A program made the translations under genes and the position numbers. 64,000 nucleotides of DNA, taken from contig OZ024747.1 of assembly GCA_964016885.1 (NCBI GenBank), positions 42,594,001 to 42,658,000 of the forward strand, in the 5' to 3' direction. Positions within the stretch are counted from its first letter, which is position 1; the number at the start of each line of letters is the position of its first letter. A model generated the notes under the pieces. The model worked only from the letters and a program-made list of their open reading frames with translations. It was not told the origin of the DNA and made no database searches. The DNA comes from Eledone cirrhosa. Lineage: Eukaryota. Of this stretch, positions 11,420 through 24,230 are shown in pieces.

Positions 11420-14400
11420 ACATCCTCTCTAGTGCTGGTGACACAAATAAAAGCACCCAGTCCATGCTGTAAAGTGGCACTGGTGTTAGGAAGGGCATCC
11501 AACCAGTGTATCAATGCCAAAACGCTTATCAGCACAGCAACAAATAGGAACAACAACAAAATATGAAGACGTCACATCTCAGAGTTGCAACACTTAATGT
11601 TGGCACTCTCAGAGGTAGATCTGCTGAAATAGCGGAGATGCTGGAGAGAAGGCATATGGATGTGTGCTGCGTGCAAGAGGTGAGATGGAGAGGTGCCTCT
11701 GCGAGACTAGTCGTAGGCAAACGTCTTAGCTATAAGCTATTCTGGGTAGGTAAGGATGATGGGTTAGGGGGAGTAGGCATTTTCCTGGCTGAGAAATGGA
11801 TCAATAGAGGTAGTTCGAGTTAGTAATCGAATAATTAAGCTTAGATTAGTTGTAGGCAGGAGACTACTGACAATCATCTCTGCCTATGCTCCCCAAGCAG
11901 GCCTAGGCAAAGATGAGAAAGACTGCTTTTACGAGCAACTTTTACAAACAACTGCAATGACAGAGGACGGAGACATCGTTATGCTAACAGGTGACTTCAA
12001 TGGTCATGTTGGACAGCTCCAGGATGATTACACTGGGGTACATGGTGGGCACGGTTACGGCTCAAGAAATGAAGAAGGAGTGAGACTTCTTGAATTTTGT
12101 GATGCGGGTACATTGACTATTTGCAACACAAACTTCCAGACACCTGCCAATCACCTAATAACCTACAAATCTGGTGAGCACATAAGCCAGATTGACTTCT
12201 TACTAGTTAGGCAGCGGGACAGGCAGATAGTGTCTAATACCAAGGCATACCCTGGGGAAGAATGTACCCCACAACATAGGCTAGTCGTTAGTGATATCTC
12301 AGTAAGCAAGAGATGAAATGAGACATACAGGAAGGTGTGGAGAAGAAAGGTCTGGAAGCTAAAAGACCTTTCACTAAAATACAAATTTAGGAAAGCCCTT
12401 CAAGATGTATATGACGAAAAAGAAGACGATTTAGAGACGTATGACATAGATAATAACTGGAATTTCTTACGTGACAACTTGCTGCAGTCTACTGATGAAA
12501 CTTGTGGCTGGAGCAGAGCTCCAACCAGACAGAGAGTTACCTGGTGGTGGAACAGCACAGTAGATAAGGCCATTAGAGACAAAATACTAGCATGGAAGGC
12601 TTGGAAAAAGGGTGGGAGTAGGGAAGAATATACAGCCACTAAGAGAGAAGCTAGACATCAGGTGTACTTAGCACGCAGGGAGATGGAGAGTAGGAGGTTT
12701 GCCAATGTTCTGCGACAGGAAGATCAGAGGCGTGCAGTGTTCCACATTGCAAGGCAGTGTGTCAATGCAAATCAGGATGTTGTTGGAGATAAATGTGTCC
12801 GGGATGATGCCGGTGTACTTAGTGTCACGAATGACCAGAAAAAGGAGGCCTGGAAATGTCATTAAGAGAGACTGATGAATGTGGAGAACGAATGGGAGAG
12901 AGAGAAATTACCCTTAGTAGATCCGACATAGGGACCAGCTATTGAGATTGACAAATATAGGGTCCAAGAGGCGATTAAGGAAATGAAAAATGGTAAGGCT
13001 GCTGAACCATCGGGAATAGTTGCTGAGATGCTGAAGGCATCAGGGGATGTAGGCACTAAACTGGTTGCACGCATCATCAATCAGGCTATATATAGTGGTG
13101 TCATACCCAAAGACTGGTGCAGCAGTATTCTCATAAATTGCTACAAAGGTAAAGGGGATGCTCTGGAGAGGAGCAATTATAGGGGTATAAAACTTATGGA
13201 TCAGGTTATGAAAGTGGCAGAAAGGATATTAGCACAGCTAATTAGAGAAAGGGTCAAACTAGATGAGATGCAGTTTGGTTTTGTGCCTGGGAAGAGTACA
13301 ACAGATGCCCTCTTCTTGGTGAGACAATTGCAAGAGAGGTTCTTAGAGAAAAATAAGCCACTATACTTAGCCTTTGTTGACCTAGAGAAGGCCTTTGATA
13401 GGGTACCCCGATCTGTCATCTGGTGGTCCCTAAGTAAGCTAGGTGTTGAGGAATGGCTTGTGAGGACAGTGCAAACTTTGTACAGAGGTACTCTCAGTAA
13501 AGTCAGGGTAGGAATGGAGTTTAGTGAGGAATTCCAGATACAAGTAGAAGTACATCAAGGTTCGGTCCTCAGCCCGCTCTTGTTCATTATAGTCCTCCAA
13601 GCCATAACAGAGGAGTTTAAGACTGGCTGTCCATGAGAACTTCTTTATGCTGACGATCTGGTTCTTATAGCAGAATCAGTAGAGGAGCTAGAGAATAAAT
13701 TCTGGCTATGGAAACAACAGTTGGAAGCAAGAGGACTGAGAGTGAACCTAGCTAAGACAAAAGTGTTGATGAGTAGAAAAGAGGACAAAACTCTGATTCC
13801 GTCAGGGAAATGGCCATGTTCGATATGCAGAAAAGGAACTGGCATAAATTCTATAAATGCACACAATGCAGATCCTGGGTACACAAGACATGTAGTGGGA
13901 TAGCAGGCAAACTAACAGGTAGGGAGAAATATGTATGCAGTAGATGTACAGGGAAATTAGACAGTAGAAGTCGCAGTGATAGACACATTTTCCAAATGCA
14001 GGAGGGCGCTATAGAAGTGGTGGATAGCTTCCGGTACCTAGGAGATCAGATTAGCATGGGAGGAGGGTGTTCCGAGGCCATAGTATCTAGAATAAGGACG
14101 GGTTGGAAGAAGTTTAGGGAGCTGCTTCCTCTGCCGGTTGTATGATACCTGTGTGAGGAGCGCGATGCTGCATGGTAGTGAGACATGGGCAGCAACTGCA
14201 GAGGATATGCGACGGCTGGAGAGAAATGAGGCAAGTGTGCTCCGTTGGATGTGCAGTGCAAATGTGCGTGAACGACCCAGCATAAAACAGCATGAAACTG
14301 TGTCTGAGAGGGATAGAATGTAGTGTATGAGAGAGGAGACTGAGATGGTATGGACATGTGATGCGCATGGAGGATGACCGATGGGTGAAGAAGTTCCAGG

Positions 14401-14605
14401 AAATGCCAGTTGAAGGAAGACGTGGTAGAGGTAGACCACGAAAAACATGGGCAGAGGTGGTGAGAACAGACCTCAGATCATTGAAGCTCACAGTGGAGAT
14501 GACGAAGGACCGTGACGAGTGGATAGATGCTGTGCTGAATAAGACCCGTCCCACCCTTGCAAGCAGGGAAAAGCGGACATAAAATGATGATGATGATGAT
14601 GATGA
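11420..14605 (+). mobile_element. Degenerate full-length RTE/BovB-type LINE (subfamily B)
   Basis: 5'UTR with ggtgttaggaagggcatcc, ATG 11563 (LRVATLNVGTLRG, GDFNGHVG, SQIDF, QHRLVV), RT motifs, GRGRPRKTW, tail ...agcagggaaaagcggacataaa(ATG)n; several stops and frameshifts. Confidence 0.95.
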
Positions 14606-15005
14606 TATATATATATATATGTAGTAAACACACTTAAAATAAAACCTGCTGCAATTAAATCTGTTAAAAATAGACTATCTATAAATTATAATGCTGGATA
14701 GCTACAAAAAGCATGAATGCTTGTTATGCTATGCTTGATGAAATTGCTTCCAATACGAGAACTGAAGTGATTAGGAAAATTTTAGTCTTGAAGACGTATA
14801 GGTCTTGTAAGAAGTTATTTATAAAGAAACAAGTATTGATTGAAGGCAAGAAATAGAAGAGTGCAGTATTTAATTGCATCAGTTTAGTAAGACAATGAGT
14901 AGACCTTTACATAGTCACACAGCCTGCTAGAAAAAGCAACTAATTCTACCTCAAATCACACTTAACAGTTTTAGAAAAAATAATATATATATATTTGCAC
15001 ACAGC

Positions 15006-15220
15006 TTAACCCTTTAGCATTTTAACTGGCCGTATCCAGCCAGAATTCTCTTACCCCTTTCTGTTCAAACTGGCCGTAACTGGCCACTCATACTGACGTT
15101 AAGATATTGTTCTTAAAATAAATAACATCAAAATATTGTAGATTCAATATTAGGTGAGATAATTATGCCTTTACTACAAAAATACAATAGTAAATATAGA
15201 GTAATGTAAATACAAAAGGG
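15006..15220. mobile_element. ~210-bp TTAA-flanked MITE (piggyBac-like)
   Basis: ttaaCCCTTTAGCATTT start and degenerate aaatacaaaaggg end; same internal sequence as the copies at 40153, 48331, 51708 and 53316. Confidence 0.7.
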
Positions 15221-15250
15221 TATATAAAAAATTAAATACCAAAAGGCCAT

Positions 15251-15402
15251 GAAAACATGGGCGGAGGTGGTGAGAGCAGACCTCAGATCGCTGAAGCTCA
15301 CGGAGGAGATGACGAAGGACTGTGACAAGTGGAGAGATGCTGTGCTGAATAGGACCCATCCCACCCTTGCAAGCAGGGAAAAGCGGACCTAAGATGATGA
15401 TC
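15251..15402 (+). mobile_element. RTE subfamily B 3' end fragment
   Basis: Near-identical to 14441-14590. Confidence 0.88.
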
Positions 15403-15794
15403 ATCATCATGGCTAATATTCAACATATTACGTCCATTTTAGGATAGTGCTATAAATGATAGAGTATAAGTGATAGTCCATTAGTTACATATTTCGATCT
15501 GGTTGTTTAGATGATATACAAACCTTCTGAGGAGAAACCAACGAGGTTCCAAATTCAATTAAAATATTTCTCATTTTTTCAATTTACAGGGAAATGTGTA
15601 TACTTAGCATATTTACATATGTGTATACTGCGTAAATTTATATCTACATTTATACACTCACAGTTACCTCGATGCTGTGTGTGTATATGTATATATCAAC
15701 AATCAATCGACTTTTCATTAAATCGGACCGAGGAAACAATGTTTCCGTTGGTCTTTCCAATTGCTAGTACTATCTATCGGTCGCAACTCCAGGT

Positions 15795-15918
15795 AGAAGG
15801 AGCAACGTGAAATAAAGTGTCTTGCTCAAGGACATAACACATCGCCCGGTCCAGGAATCAAACTCACAACCTCACGATTGTGAATCCAATTTTCTAACCA
15901 CTCAGCCACGCGCCTTCA
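15795..15918 (-). mobile_element. Related SINE head fragment
   Basis: Minus strand gaaggcgcgtggctgagtggttaga...gagtttgattcctggacc...ccttgagcaagacacttt. Confidence 0.7.
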
Positions 15919-15930
15919 CTATATATATAT

Positions 15931-16263
15931 CATTCATTTCATTTCATTTCATTTTCATTTTACGTCCGCTTTTTCCCTGCTTGCAAGGGTGGGACGGGAA
16001 CTGATTCTGGTTTGATTTCTACAGCTGGATGCCCTTCCTAACCCCAACCTCATTTACAGTGAGTGGTGGGTGCTTTTTTGCACTGTGCAGTGGAATGATA
16101 GGGACTGGGGTCCCTATCATCTCATTTCTACAGGTGAGTAAACTGGAGCAATGTGAAATAAAGTGTCTTGCTCAAGGAAACAACACATCACTCAGTCTGA
16201 GAATTGAACTCACAACCTTTCGATTGCAAGGCAAATGCTCTAACCACTAAGCCATGTGCCTCC
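15931..16263 (-). mobile_element. SINE family 1 copy with (AATGA)n tail
   Basis: Same head, body and tail as 7066-7408. Confidence 0.88.
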
Positions 16264-16282
16264 ATATATATATATATATATA

Positions 16283-16509
16283 TTTTTAATTGAGTTTGAA
16301 TTATTTTCCCATATCTTACGTTAATTATTTTCCATTTTGACGTTATAGTCACTTATATATTATGAAATACTGTTGGCTTCTTGCTCACAATAATTTCTAT
16401 ATTTTCATTAAGAAGCCAACAGTATTTCATAATATATAAGTGACTATAACGTCAAAATGGAAAATAATTAACGTAAGATATGGGAAAATAATTCAAACTC
16501 AATTAAAAA
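16283..16509. repeat. Perfect inverted repeat, 100-bp arms and 27-bp spacer, between (TA)n tracts
   Basis: 16283-16382 is the reverse complement of 16410-16509. Confidence 0.9.
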
Positions 16510-16699
16510 AAGAAATATATATATATATATAAGATTCAATTACCAGAGATTAACTTTGTTTTTATAACAAACTGAATGAGTTGCTGAGCATAACCCAATG
16601 AAACTTAACTACCTTTATATGTCACTGTTGTAGCCAATTATACTTAACTCGTCTTATGTACTGAGTGCTCTTACCCCTGGATATTTCTACCAAACTTTT

Positions 16700-16766
<67 letters not shown>

Positions 16767-16928
16767 TATATAAATATATATATATATATACACATATATA
16801 TATCACAAATACTTTATTTTAATACTGTTAAGATGGAAGGTTGTGATTTGAGGAAATTTATCAGTTGTTTCTAGCAGATCAAGCAATTGTTTAGACACTC
16901 CCTTATTGGTACAAATGAAAGTTCTTAC

Positions 16929-17075
16929 CTGATTAAGTATTTTGTTTTCTTGACTATTAGCTGACGTACAAACTATTTCTTCTTTCTGAACTGACAGTAA
17001 CCCCTCAGTGAGTTTCAACCTGGCTGTAATAACACGGTTTCTCCCATCATGTATTACAACTAAGCCTTGTTTGAT
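16929..17075 (-). CDS. SNTG: Coding exon of a gamma-syntrophin-like gene (N-terminal segment preceding the PDZ domain)
   Basis: 147 bp, phase 0-0 exon with pyrimidine-rich acceptor (tttttaatctccag|ATC) and CAG|gtaaga donor. It translates to IKQGLVVIHDGRNRVITARLKLTEGLLSVQKEEIVCTSANSQENKILNQ, which aligns by eye with the human gamma-1-syntrophin N-terminus as I recall it (TKTGICLLQDGNQEPFKVRLHLAKDILMIQEQDVICVS). Confidence 0.85.
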
Positions 17076-17454
17076 CTGGAGATTAAAAACAAAACAAAAC
17101 AATCTATGAAGTCAATTATGAATATTGTTTTGAGAAATATCACACATTAAAAGTATTTTTATCACAACATATCAGTTTTAATAGCAGTGTTACACAGTGG
17201 CTTAAAAAAAGGTTTTCATCAACTTGGGAATTTACAAAAATATATACATGGGCAATATTTTAAAAAAAAAATGGGGTTATTGAAAAGCTAAGTCAATTAT
17301 TCACATCCCATTAATAAGTCATAAAAAAATCATACATTTACAAAGCTGTTAACATAATTGACATTGAATTTACAAGATTCAGATGAAAAATATCACAAAA
17401 ACATCATAAATTCTTCCTGATGTGGATTACTGGAAAATCGCTTTTTTTGTTCTC

Positions 17455-17630
17455 TTTCTTCTAGGTGATCTAACGAGTGCAAAAGGTAGCGTAATTCAAA
17501 ACAGAACTACAATAAGGAAGGGCTGTAAGATGTTCAGGGAGCTGTTGATTATTTTAGCAACAATTACTCTCACTATGCAAAAGACACTGTATGAAGTGTA
17601 TGTAAGAAGTGTGATACTGTGTTGTAGTGC
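17455..17630 (+). mobile_element. Old RTE ORF fragment
   Basis: LGD...IRKGCKMFRELL...LYEVYVRSVIL resembles RTGWKKFRELL...LYDACVRSAML. Confidence 0.6.
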
Positions 17631-18544
17631 ATTCATCCTCTCTAGACAATGGATTTTTAATAATCCTTTCCATTGATGAAATGAATGAATAAATAAATAA
17701 TAACCATCATATTTCAATAGTTTGATTTTTGTGACATATGGCATGAAAGATCTTTAGAAGAATGCCAAAGAATTTAGTAAAATCCCCTTATTATTAAATC
17801 ATTCTTGTATCATTTATTGACATCTAATCAAAACTAAGCTCATCTACCAAGGATTTATTCTTGTTAAAACTGAACCAGTCTTCTCCTTTCAAACTGGCTC
17901 AAAAGAATATCCCTTAATACAAGTATTGTTAAAACTGAGCATCTCTCTCTCTCCTTTCAAACTGGTTTATTAGAATACTCCTTTGTACAAGTATTACTTT
18001 ATCGAGGGGTAAATAATGATTTCTAATTCAGGCACAAGGCTATCCCAGTAGTTGACCGATACTTTATTTTACTGACTCTGGAAGGATGAACAGTGAAATT
18101 GACCTCAACAGGATTTGAACTCAGAATGTAATGAGCCAGAACAAATAACACAATGGCATTTTATCTGATTGCCTTCCAATTCTGCCAAACCACCACCTTT
18201 CTTTCTTGTCAGAAAGGAAAATATGTCTTTCTTTTGAAGTGAATCAATTAAAGAAGTTGTTTGATTTTACAGTGAAATCAGCTTCCATCGTCTAAGGCAA
18301 TTAGAGATGAAGTCATTACACAGGTTGTACATCAATAACTATAACAACATCTATCATGATTGATGGCTTATATTTCCTCCTCCTGCTACTGGATCTATCT
18401 GTTGCATGTCATAATATTGATTATTGAATGTGTAATGTTAGCATGCCTAAATGACAGAGCATGAGTGAATTCAAAGAAAAATTCAGTATAAGAGGAACTG
18501 AATATAACATGCAAGAGAGAAAGAGGGGGGGGGGGCCTGACCTA

Positions 18545-18790
18545 GCATGTGACAACCTCTCTAGTGCTGGTGTCATGATAAAATGCACCCAATATGCTCT
18601 GTAAAGTGTTAGTGTTGGTAACTATGTCTGCATTGTAAAGTGGTATTGCTAATGTTAAGAAGGGCATCCAGCCATAGAAACCATGTTAAATATGGAATGT
18701 AATAAGCAAGATTGGTTACTCCAGCTCATCTGGTCTTGAACCATGACAATCAGTTCAATCCAAAAATAAAAATTGACTTGGACATTAACA
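18545..18790 (+). mobile_element. Old bipartite RTE-derived non-autonomous fragment
   Basis: ctctctagtgctggtg...aaatgcaccc...aagggcatccagcc, matching the 5'UTR at 11425-11505. Confidence 0.55.
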
Positions 18791-21292
18791 AATTAATTAA
18801 ATAAAATTTCCATGAAGATTTGGTGGTCTTTAAGTTAATGAAAGAAATCTTTATTATACTGATGATGATCAAGTACTAAATATGTTATACATCTCTTTCC
18901 AATAAAACAATACTCAAAACGAATTGTGAAAGATATAAAAATTGATAGATAATCACAGATTCAAACTAAATGTAATAAAATCTGCAAAAATACATTTCCA
19001 TCCTCATTAAAAATGACCAACTAATCACTGAAAAAACTACAGATAACAACAATATCTTTTGTTGAGAGTTGTGGATATCTAAGTAAAAAAAGATTACAGA
19101 CACACCAGCCAAGTTGGCAACAGTGTTATGAGTACATCTCACTGTATGTCTGTTGTAGATAGCACAGAGTGGAATCATTTGACATTGTTATCTGCTTCAA
19201 AATCAGCTCATGATTGTTCTAGCCATGAAATATCCTATCTTATGTTCAAGGATAAATATTTCCTGGATCACATTATCCAATATATCCTTTATCAAGAGAG
19301 TGAGCTATGGTTTGAGGAGAAAGATTTAGCTGTTATTTCTAGAAGGTTAAGAAACTACATTGAAGCTCTCTTGTTGGTTTGGTAAACTACTGAAAACAGT
19401 GGAGGCTTGGTAATATTGATTTCTAATTTAGGCACAAAACCAGCAAATTTTTTGGGAGTGACAAAATTGATTTCATCCTTGGAAGAATGAAAGACAAAGT
19501 TGATCTCTGCAGCATGTGAACTAAGAATGTAAAGAGCTAAAAAAAATACTGCAATGGCGTTTTATTTCACTAGCTTGAAGTATGGGGTTGGAGGCCCCCT
19601 GTGGTCTGGACTCATGACATAAAATTAACAATATAGCTCTACATTTAGTATTACCCCCATCACTTCAGAGTGAAACAAAATGCCTTACAGTTAACAATGT
19701 AAGGAAGACAAGGGAAAATTGGTGAGGTTGGATTTCAGAATGTTGGTTCTCTTGAAGGAGATGACACATGATTGAGAGGAATTGAGATATGTTGCACTGG
19801 ATATCAGAAACAATTTATGTCAGTATAGAAAATTGAAACCCTCAGTGATAATCACATGATCTTAATATTAGTATATCATTAACTCTTTTAATAGCAACCC
19901 AAACAAAACCAGCTCTGATCTAAGAAACAAGACCACCCATTTTAAAGGGTTCTCGTTTAACTTTTTTTTATATCAACCTGGTGAAAACTGGCTTTTATTT
20001 TATGAAACAAAAGCGATACATCTTAAAGGGTTCCTATTTATATTAAAATGTTTCAATATATTTTTTATATAAAAACAATATTATGCTATTATCTTAACAA
20101 TACAATAATAAATAATTTTAGTAAATCCTTCAAAATTCTTCATTAATTAATTGAAAGAGTATTTCATTAGAAATACGGCCATGAAAAGGTGAAGATAAAA
20201 ATGATTAATCACTCATACATAGTATAAGATAAGAAAAATGTTTTTTTATTCCAAATTCTTGAACAGCTCAAGTTTGTCAACTTAAATATCATTTCTAAAA
20301 TCGATTAACACATTGATTTCATTCCTTAGAGTATTTTGAAATGTATAGCAAACATTCCAAAATAATTTTTATTTTGTTGCCTTAAGATTCTCTAACTAGA
20401 CTCCAACACTACCCAGTCTATATTGCCTAACAATACAATTGTCTCCTTGTCTATTATCTTCTAGAAATGGTGTAATATTCACCAATTAAACTAGGGTTAT
20501 TGAAATAAATACATAGAAAACAGCTAGAACAAATTGTTAATGGCCATTAAAAAGTTTCACTCCACTGCAGATTTATACAAAAATTGAAAACTTTTCACAT
20601 TACCCATCCAGAACACCAACCCTACCAGAAATGACAACCAACCAATCTTTCTAACACCACACTCTATCATTGTAAAAAGAGAAGGATATTTTGAACACTG
20701 CTGTCTTTAGTGTACATAGACAAAAAGGTCATGGAGAGAATGGATGTGCTCATAGGCGTTCACCATCATGGCTGACTTCAGACCAAACAACATATCAAAG
20801 GCCTGCTCCATCAAGACTCACAATGATTTTCTGATTTTCATTTTCTTCTATACACAGCTGTACTGTACTGTGGGAGGAAGTCTTGGATTGAACCATATAT
20901 TAGAAATCATATACCACAAATGTTTTGTCACAGTCATCATTGTACTCATTTGTTGAAATACTTTTTACTCAGACAGGAAGAATAAAAGACGCTCTAGGTC
21001 TGCCACAAACTACTTCTCTAGAGCTACACAACATACTGTAAAGTGGTTTCATCATCATCAAGTTTACATTGATTTTTACATGCTGGCATGGGTTGTGAAG
21101 ACTTCTAGAGGCAATATCTTACAGCCAAATACCATTTTAATCATTTCTTATTGGCCAGTTTTTCTCTGCTGTTGTGTGTGCAAAAGGACTGAGGACCATG
21201 TTGAATAGTAGGATACAGTGAGAATCATCCAATCTAAGCATGAGAAAAAAGTGTGAGGGAGAAAACAGACCTATGAAGATGATTGTAAAATT

Positions 21293-21463
21293 TGAAATTT
21301 GAATGTATGCATCCCAACAAAAATGACCATAACAATAGCCGATCTCAATAAAAGTAGACAGAGGTGCTTGTGAGAAATCAAACCCTTATTTTCTCAACCA
21401 TTATCTATAATAATTGACTTATATTATGGTCATTTGCATAGGGATGCATACATTTCAAATTTC
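21293..21463. repeat. Imperfect ~40-bp inverted repeat, MITE-like
   Basis: tgaaatttgaatgtatgcatccc...atgaccataa versus ttatggtcat...gggatgcatacatttcaaatttca. Confidence 0.6.
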
Positions 21464-22592
21464 AATTGATTATTTGGAATGAGTTTCGGAAAATAAACAG
21501 AGGGAGATGTATTGAAGATTTAGATTATTTTAATCTATTGGATATTGAACATAACTACAATTCTAAATAAGTAAAAAGGATCCGTAATAGAAAAAAAAAC
21601 CCCCCAAAAGCCAGTAGATTTGGAGATAGGTTAGTAAATTTACTGTGTGACAGAAAAGTAATCTAACAAATTTATACATAGCAAGGTAAAATACTAATAA
21701 TAGTAAAATAAATTTGTAAAAGAAAAGCTAAGATTAAAAGCAATGATTTCACATCTTCAATTACTTTTGACAAGATATCTTTACTAAAAAAGCTCCAATA
21801 TCAAGTATTTGTCGTGATGTTGTCTTGCTCTTCGTGTTTCACTAGTTCCTGAATTTAAATTTAAAAAAAAGAGAAACTGACAAAAAAGTTGAACAAGTTA
21901 TGACTTGAAAAAAAAAAAAAACTTAGACATTACTTCATCATTCTATTAAATATAAATGGATGTTCCTAGAAGCTAGAAACAGAATGATGCATGCCTCTCA
22001 TGTAGCTAGTCAGAATACTTCTACTTGGGAAGTAGCTATGTCACAATTTTCAATGTCAAAATTAGTTACAGCCAATTTGTCTCACCTGATCACTAAAACA
22101 CATTTTCCTCTGTAGCTACTTACAGCCAATTTGTTTCACCTGGTCATTAGGATCACTTCAACTATTCTGAATATTCAGATCAACAGATTATTCTCTAATA
22201 GGTCAGTCCATACCTCACCTCTACTTTTAACTCTTTTTAAAATTCTAAAAAATTAATAATTCTTGCCAAAGGAATACTTCATTCTATTTATTAGAGCCCT
22301 GAACGATTCTTGGCTCTTTTGCACCAAATACATTCGTTACCTTGAAATGTAAAATTGTGTCTGTATAACAATAATAAAAAAAGATTTATGGAATGTTCAG
22401 TTCATAAATCTTGAAACTACTTTGAAGCATTTGGGCATGAAAAAACCAGAGACTCAAGGAAACTTGTGTTCAAAGTGATCCACTCAACCATTTCCCTGTT
22501 GTCATCAATGTGTCTCTGCCTTTTCCACTGGCACCTAAAATACTACCGTAGGTCCCAGAGGGGCCCACACACTATCAGTCCACCAGTGTGTG

Positions 22593-22632
<40 letters not shown>

Positions 22633-24230
22633 TATAAACATAGTAAACAGAAATAACAAAGCAAACGATACAGTACAATGAAGAAATATATTAATTTAAC
22701 ACTTGATATCTTCATATATACATACATACATACATACATACATACATACATACACATACATAGAGTAAGACATGGTCACCTAACCTGGCATTACCCACAA
22801 CAGGACAACCCGTCTAACCCATGCTAGCGTGGAAGAATGGACATAAAACGGTGACGATGATGATGATGATACACATATACATACATATATAAGATAATTC
22901 CATTATTCTGTAATTTCTAGTTCATGCACACACACCAACCACCTCACCACTACTACACAGATACAAGATTGAGTTTTAATTTAAAGAAAAACTATCTAGT
23001 TTAATATTACTAGACCAGGATTTACAATTCCACTGAGCAATACATGCCTGCATATTTAATATTAAAATTGATATTCACAAGTCTCAAGTGTTTACTTTTT
23101 TACTTAAACTTGCATAATCGAAGATGAAAGCATTTTCAATATTTAATATGGCACAGAGTGACAAATGTGGATACTTAGTTGTGACACAAAAAACAAACAA
23201 AAAAATGCTACTACTACCACTACCACACATAAAAGTAAACAGCAACACACAAAATACCAATAATTATTTTCTAAATACAATTATTTCTACAGTTATTTTC
23301 ACACTATTTCATTATATATTTTTATAGTTATTCTGTCTCTTAGTTTTTTTCTTCAGATGTATGCTAGCTAGAATAAATCCAATTCTAGATGGGTTTTCCA
23401 CATCCCTTTATATAGCTGTTAGAAACATTGCTGTGCTATACATTTCCTTCTAACATTCTAATATATCTAAATATAGGTTAGACCAACTGTATTTTTCAGA
23501 ATAATCTTATAAGTGGTAAAAAAAAATGTTACAACACGAAGAAACTAAAGACAGAAATGGATAGGTTTATAAGAAAACATAAAATGGAAAAGTATTGAGG
23601 AGTTACAAAAAATATAACGAAAGAAAAGGGAAATTGATATTTTAGAAAATTGCACGAAATATATTTCAAGGACCAATTTTTAAAAGACCTTCTGTAGAAC
23701 AATTTCTTACATTACCCCCCCCCCCCTCTCTCTCTCACACACACACACACACACTTTTAGCGGAGTCAATTTAAATGTTATGAAAAGAAGGCTTGCAACA
23801 TCAATGTGTAACACATGTTTTTAAAGCAAATTCATAAACAAAAAGAAAATATTTTTCATGAGAGAGATATTAAGCAAACATAACATGTTTATAGAAGAAA
23901 ACGTTTTGCAATTTCATTTAAATATATATTGACTTACAAGTAAATGTATTTACTTCCAAAGTAACTTCGAAACATGGCGATAAAATTAAATAAATTAATA
24001 AAAATAAAGTTAAATAATGTTTGAAAATTATATAACATACCCTATAATAAATAGATTAAATATATATTTTTGATAAATGAAAATTACAGAAAGATATTAT
24101 GTTTAAACATGTTTACATGTGAATTTAATTTAACATATCGTATGTTATATACTATTTTCTGATATTTACAATACAATTTTGATTAACCTTTCAACAATAT
24201 CTGGAAATTGTATCTGTTATAAAATTAGTT

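Noticed and set aside
15527-15565. ctgagga-gaaacc..ggttcc-aaa
   Set aside because: Lacks G12 and has no convincing helix I or III.
21750-21848. Candidate minus-strand exon with a good acceptor (tttaaattcag|GAA)
   Set aside because: Stops occur in all three frames and the donor is weak. It could only be a non-coding alternative exon, and nothing supports that.
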